Of a stretch of DNA of 64,000 bases, positions 59,386-64,000 are shown in pieces. The stretch lies in NCBI RefSeq assembly GCF_009914755.1, contig NC_060928.1; one strand, 5' to 3'. The position numbers were made by a program, and so were the translations under genes. Source of the DNA: the human T2T-CHM13v2.0 reference genome, Homo sapiens. Every line of letters begins with the position of its first letter. Positions within the stretch are counted from its first letter, which is position 1. The notes beneath the pieces were generated by a model that had not been told where the DNA came from, made no database searches, and was given only the letters and a program-made list of their open reading frames with translations.

Positions 59386-62304
59386 ATTATTAAGATTAAT
59401 AATAAATGGAATTATATTTGTAATAACAATAGTAATGTACCATTAATAATAGTAATAACTATTATTATTACTTGTGGCTCATTTAGGTTGGCTAATGTTC
59501 ATATATTTGTAATACACACATATGTGTATGTATTCCAACACATACACTACAGTTTGACTCCAAACACCTAGCTCTTTGAATGTCTAGCACTTATGACACA
59601 TAGCACACCTATATCATGTATAAAATATACCTGCTATTTTCAGAGCAACAGGATCAACATACAATGAAAATTCATTCCTACAGCTAGTTTGGAAATGAAA
59701 GAGCAGCGTTTGGGTTTTTATCCTCTGTTTTCATAGTGCGATCATTTGGGGAACAAACAAATGGGCATGTCCAGTCATCTCACCTAGATATACACAGATC
59801 AGCCCAGGAAAGAACTGGGGATTCTCTAGGATGAAGGAAGCCATGTATGTGGAAATGGCCTCATGAGGCACATTCTTGAATCCACTTCAAGAAAGAGGCC
59901 TAGGAAAAAGAAACTCACTGGTTAGTGGTTAAAAGACCATGACCGTTCACCTTTGAAGCAGGAGAATCTTAGAATACCTGTGAGTCAGAAGGCATGGGGA
60001 ATTCAAACCCCATCTGGGACAACAGGACTCAGATTCCTAAAGAGCATAAACCTCTGGCATCCAAACTAAAATTATTAATTAACCAATAGGACAAGACACA
60101 GTTTTGGGAAAGAGTTTAGACATTTTTCATGTTCTTTGAATCTAGAAAATGTAATACAGAGACAAAGCCAATGAACCCAACACATGCCAAGAACCAGTGA
60201 AAATTAGAAAACCACAAAAGCACACAAATAACTGTTTATTGAGTGCTCCCTATGGGCCAAGCAGTTGGCACATTGTCTTATTTAAGTTTCACAACAATTT
60301 TATGGAGAAATATCATTTTGCTCATTCTATTGATGAGAAAACTAAGACCTGGAGAGTTTAAACAGCTTGGTCAGAGTCACTAAGGTACTAGTTAGTAAGC
60401 AGCAGGTGGGCTCGGAAGTTCACACTCTTCCCGATAACCCACATGCTGCTTTGCTGATTGTTATGTCAGCACCATTACTGCAAAAGGCAGCTGCGCCTAC
60501 ATACAGACAGCACCATTTTAAAGCACAGTAATCAGAATGGCTGGCGGACCGTGGGGTCACATGGACAGAACATTCAAATGCACTCCTTAGGATTGTCTCC
60601 TCTTAGAAATCCTGTGATTGGTTCCTTGAACCATGTTTTCCATGAGCATTTATGTCTTGTTGACCAGCAACCCATCAACCATATTTCAAAACAATACCTG
60701 GGCACCCTGACAAGCTGATACTTTTAAAGCAACAATACTAAATACTTTTCAGTTTAAATACATATTTAATTGACAGTACATTTACTATCAATTAATTTAT
60801 TTACTTTTTAGGTTTAAAATATAGTTTTCTGAGCCCAAATTCCAAAATTCCAGTAACAAAGGTGGCTTCAACAAATAAAGCCACCACTTACGAATCCTAT
60901 GTGCCAGGAATCAAGTGAAATACTTTTCATCAAACTTATTCCCACGACCACGCTGCAAGGTATTATTGTCCACACCTCTTCTATAGATGAGGAAATGAAC
61001 TAATGCTCAGAGAGTTTGAATAACTTGTCCAAAGTCACATAGGGAGGATGTAACCAGAAATCAAACCCAAACTATGTATTCTACAAGACTGGCCACATTT
61101 CAGGGCTTTGTTTAGAATGTGTAGTTATCTTCATAGGTGAAGAGAAGACCCTCCTGCAATGGAAATAGATCCAGAGTCTGGGAGCATTTCTCCTGATAAT
61201 TGAAAAATTTCCTAAGGAAAGGTTTTGCTTCACACAGGGGCTGATTCTTCTGACTTCCACACTCTTAGAGTGGAAAACGTGGTTATTAATGAAGCATGAA
61301 ATGGTGAGATGATTATAAACAGATACTGTCAGTTTACTTCTGCCAGTCCTGGGTCACGTCCAACAAGCGTTATGTCCTCAGGATACAGCCCGTCCTCCCG
61401 GAAACAGCACAGCAACCAGTTCATAGGCACGGGGAGTGAGCAGGTTTGGGTTCATCTCCAAATTGTTACATTGTGCAAGTTTCAGTCAACTTTGTTCACC
61501 TCCCAATGTTTTTCAATGTCACAGGAATAATACCACCTCTCTTATATCCATCCACAGGGCAATTAATAACTGCTATTTAAAACATTCACTCACTTGTTTA
61601 CATAGGAGCCAGCTGAAGTGTAGCAAGATGCACTAAGAATAAGGATTATTCTTCTTACGATTTTATAGAGGAGAAAGTTTGGGGCCAGAGAGGTTAAGTA
61701 AGTTGCCCAAGGTCACACAGTTAGTGACCTGTGAAACTGACTGACTCCAGAGCCCAGGTACGAACATGGCCTCTAGTGAATTCCTGCCATGGATTGGACT
61801 AGCTGCTGAGCCATTCAGCTTCCATTTCTAAGCTCTTCACCATGATTATACTGCTTCTCTCTCTGAGATGTTCTCTCTCTTTTTTTCTAATATACCTCTG
61901 TTACAATATTACACACATACGATTATTATGTATTGAAGAAGATGCTGCCAAGGTGCGTCCTGTGGGACATAGATTGACTGGGCTCTGGTCCTGGCAAGAG
62001 CCCCCAAGTCTGACTTTTTTCAGATGGCTCTGACTGCAGCTCGCTTTTGAGTTCCTAGCTTCTGTCACTTCAGTAAGAGTGAAACACATCTTTTATAGCA
62101 CAACAGCCTTCCTGCAGAATGAGTCCTCCAGGAGAAAGCTGAAGCAACCCACTCACACCTGAATACTGCACAGTGGCTCATGCAGCATGGCTGGTTGTCT
62201 GCAGCAGTAAAAAAATGTCACCTGAGGTGCACAAACAGCTCCTGGTTGAGGGAATCTTCACTTCTATCTCACCCTGAGGTTACTTTTGGGCATTTGTTGG
62301 CAGA

Positions 62305-62850
62305 CATTTGTAGATTGCTTCCCTACTTTCCATTTTCCTTACTGTAGACAACAGAAGCCTGTGGCTAATTGGGTGGAACTCTCCTTTCTCCACTCCCTGA
62401 GAGTGATTTGGCTGAAGCTGTCCCCACCCTAGGTCCTGCCCTGCTTGGCTTAAGCTGATTAATTTGTAGTTAGTGGTTCAGGCACAAGCAGGTGACACAG
62501 ACCCACGCCCCTTGGAGCATTCCCCTTGCTCTGGTGACCGGTCCAAATGTTGGCCCTCCTCTCGAGCTGGTCAAAACCAAGTAGACTCCAATTATTGCTA
62601 AGAAAGTTATCAGAGGCTTTCCTTCCCTTGACGGTGTGGGGTGAGGGAGGCAGCACCTGCCCCCACCAGGAGAGTATCTGATGCTGTTACGAGAAGTTTG
62701 GAGCCTGAGGATAGATTTGACCCCATGGAAAACAGAGAGCTATAGAGAGAACCTCAGTCCTTGGAGACATGGGTGAGCCATTGGATCAAGTCTCACTGGA
62801 AGCTGGAATTGTCTCTTGGCATTTTAGTTACATGGAGCAGTAAAGTGTAC
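62305..62850 (+). mobile_element. Old MaLR/ERVL-type LTR (MLT1J/K-like)
   Basis: gagcctgaggatag...gagccattggatcaagtc...cattttagttacatggagcagtaaa resembles old MLT1 3' halves. Family uncertain. Confidence 0.5.
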
Positions 62851-64000
62851 CGGAGGCCTAAGCCAACGCTCTGTCCCCGTAACACAGAGCCTTTTCCTTG
62901 GGGACAGCTTCCGTGTCTTACTGCTCTATGCTTCCTCCATGTCTGCTAATGTGTTCTAAATAAATAAACATACTTTGCAAAATAAAAAAAGTAATTATTC
63001 ATAACTAACAACAGCTGTTAAACCAGCTATGTTGATATTACTCTTATAATTTTCCTTGATGCACAAAATGTTTTTCATGGTTAGATTTATGATACTAACC
63101 TGCCAGGACAAAGTTGAGAAGTTTACCATTTTCCTATACACATTGAATGCTCCAGGTACAGACCACATAACTAAAGTAAGATTTGTGAGCTGTATTGTAT
63201 TGCACTAACAAGGAATTGTTTCTCACAGCAAGCACTTTGGGGACCAACCCGAGAAAGCTTAGGTGAATTTTTATTTATTTGGTAGATTCTTTACTGTATG
63301 GCGAGTTATCTTAATAAAAAGAATTCCTTGAGAATCTCTTAATTAAACTTTTCCATACAACTAAAGGAATTAAGTGCTTAGAGTCTGTTACTATGATGGG
63401 ATCTTGACATATAAGTATTTTACTGAACAATGCATTTTTTGTAGTGTCTGTCACTGAGGAATACAAAAGATTTTTATAGCTTTTTGCACAAAGGGTTGTA
63501 ATTTTGATGCCTTAAAAATATCTGTGTCACCTCGAGCAGGACATTTAACTCTTCTGGGCCAGAACATCCTCGGTAAAAGAAGAGTTGGTCTCAGTAATCT
63601 CTTAGTTGTTATTATTATAAATCACTAATATTACAGAGATTCAAGATGCAAATATACTCCTTCATTTCTTCATTAAAAAATTAGATAATCCTAATATGTA
63701 GCATTTATAGTGAAGGATTCTAGAATCAAGAAGACAATGATTATTACTTCAGCAACCTTTTTGTTCTCTAGAGTGAAAGTTTGTTTTAAAAGGTTTTATT
63801 CTTTGTTTATTCATTTGGTAAATATTCACTGAGGTGCCGACCATGTGCCCAGAATTCTGTGGCACCGGCTTCATATCTGAGAAGGACATTATGGCAGGAA
63901 AGATTTAGGTTTGCTATACAAATGCATTTCCTATACACAGAGTGGCTAAGTGATAAAATGTAGACCCGACTCTGCTGTGAAACACTGACATCAATTTTAT

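Overview
Human genomic DNA (AT-rich, CpG-poor, with primate Alu, L1PA, MER11 and THE1 repeats). It holds the 3' part of NPNT (nephronectin) on the + strand: nine coding exons at 4141-36117, which I number 4-12 from memory of the canonical transcript. They encode EGF-like repeats, the Pro/Thr-rich linker with RGD, the LFEIFEIER exon and the MAM domain, followed by a ~2.7 kb 3' UTR ending near 38800. The last ~25 kb is repeat-rich downstream sequence, including two adjacent minus-strand L1PA insertions. I see no new multi-gene system. The best second-look items are: an ancient CR1/L3 fossil in the 3' UTR that still has an open ~77-codon frame; two non-consensus substitutions shared by the two neighbouring L1s (possible gene conversion); a 164-bp orphan insert with an 18-bp flanking duplication inside an Alu; splicing and polyadenylation features around the integrin-binding exons; two exon-like units in the first intron shown; and several local duplications and hairpins. 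Repeat names and protein comparisons rest on recalled consensus sequences, not on searches.
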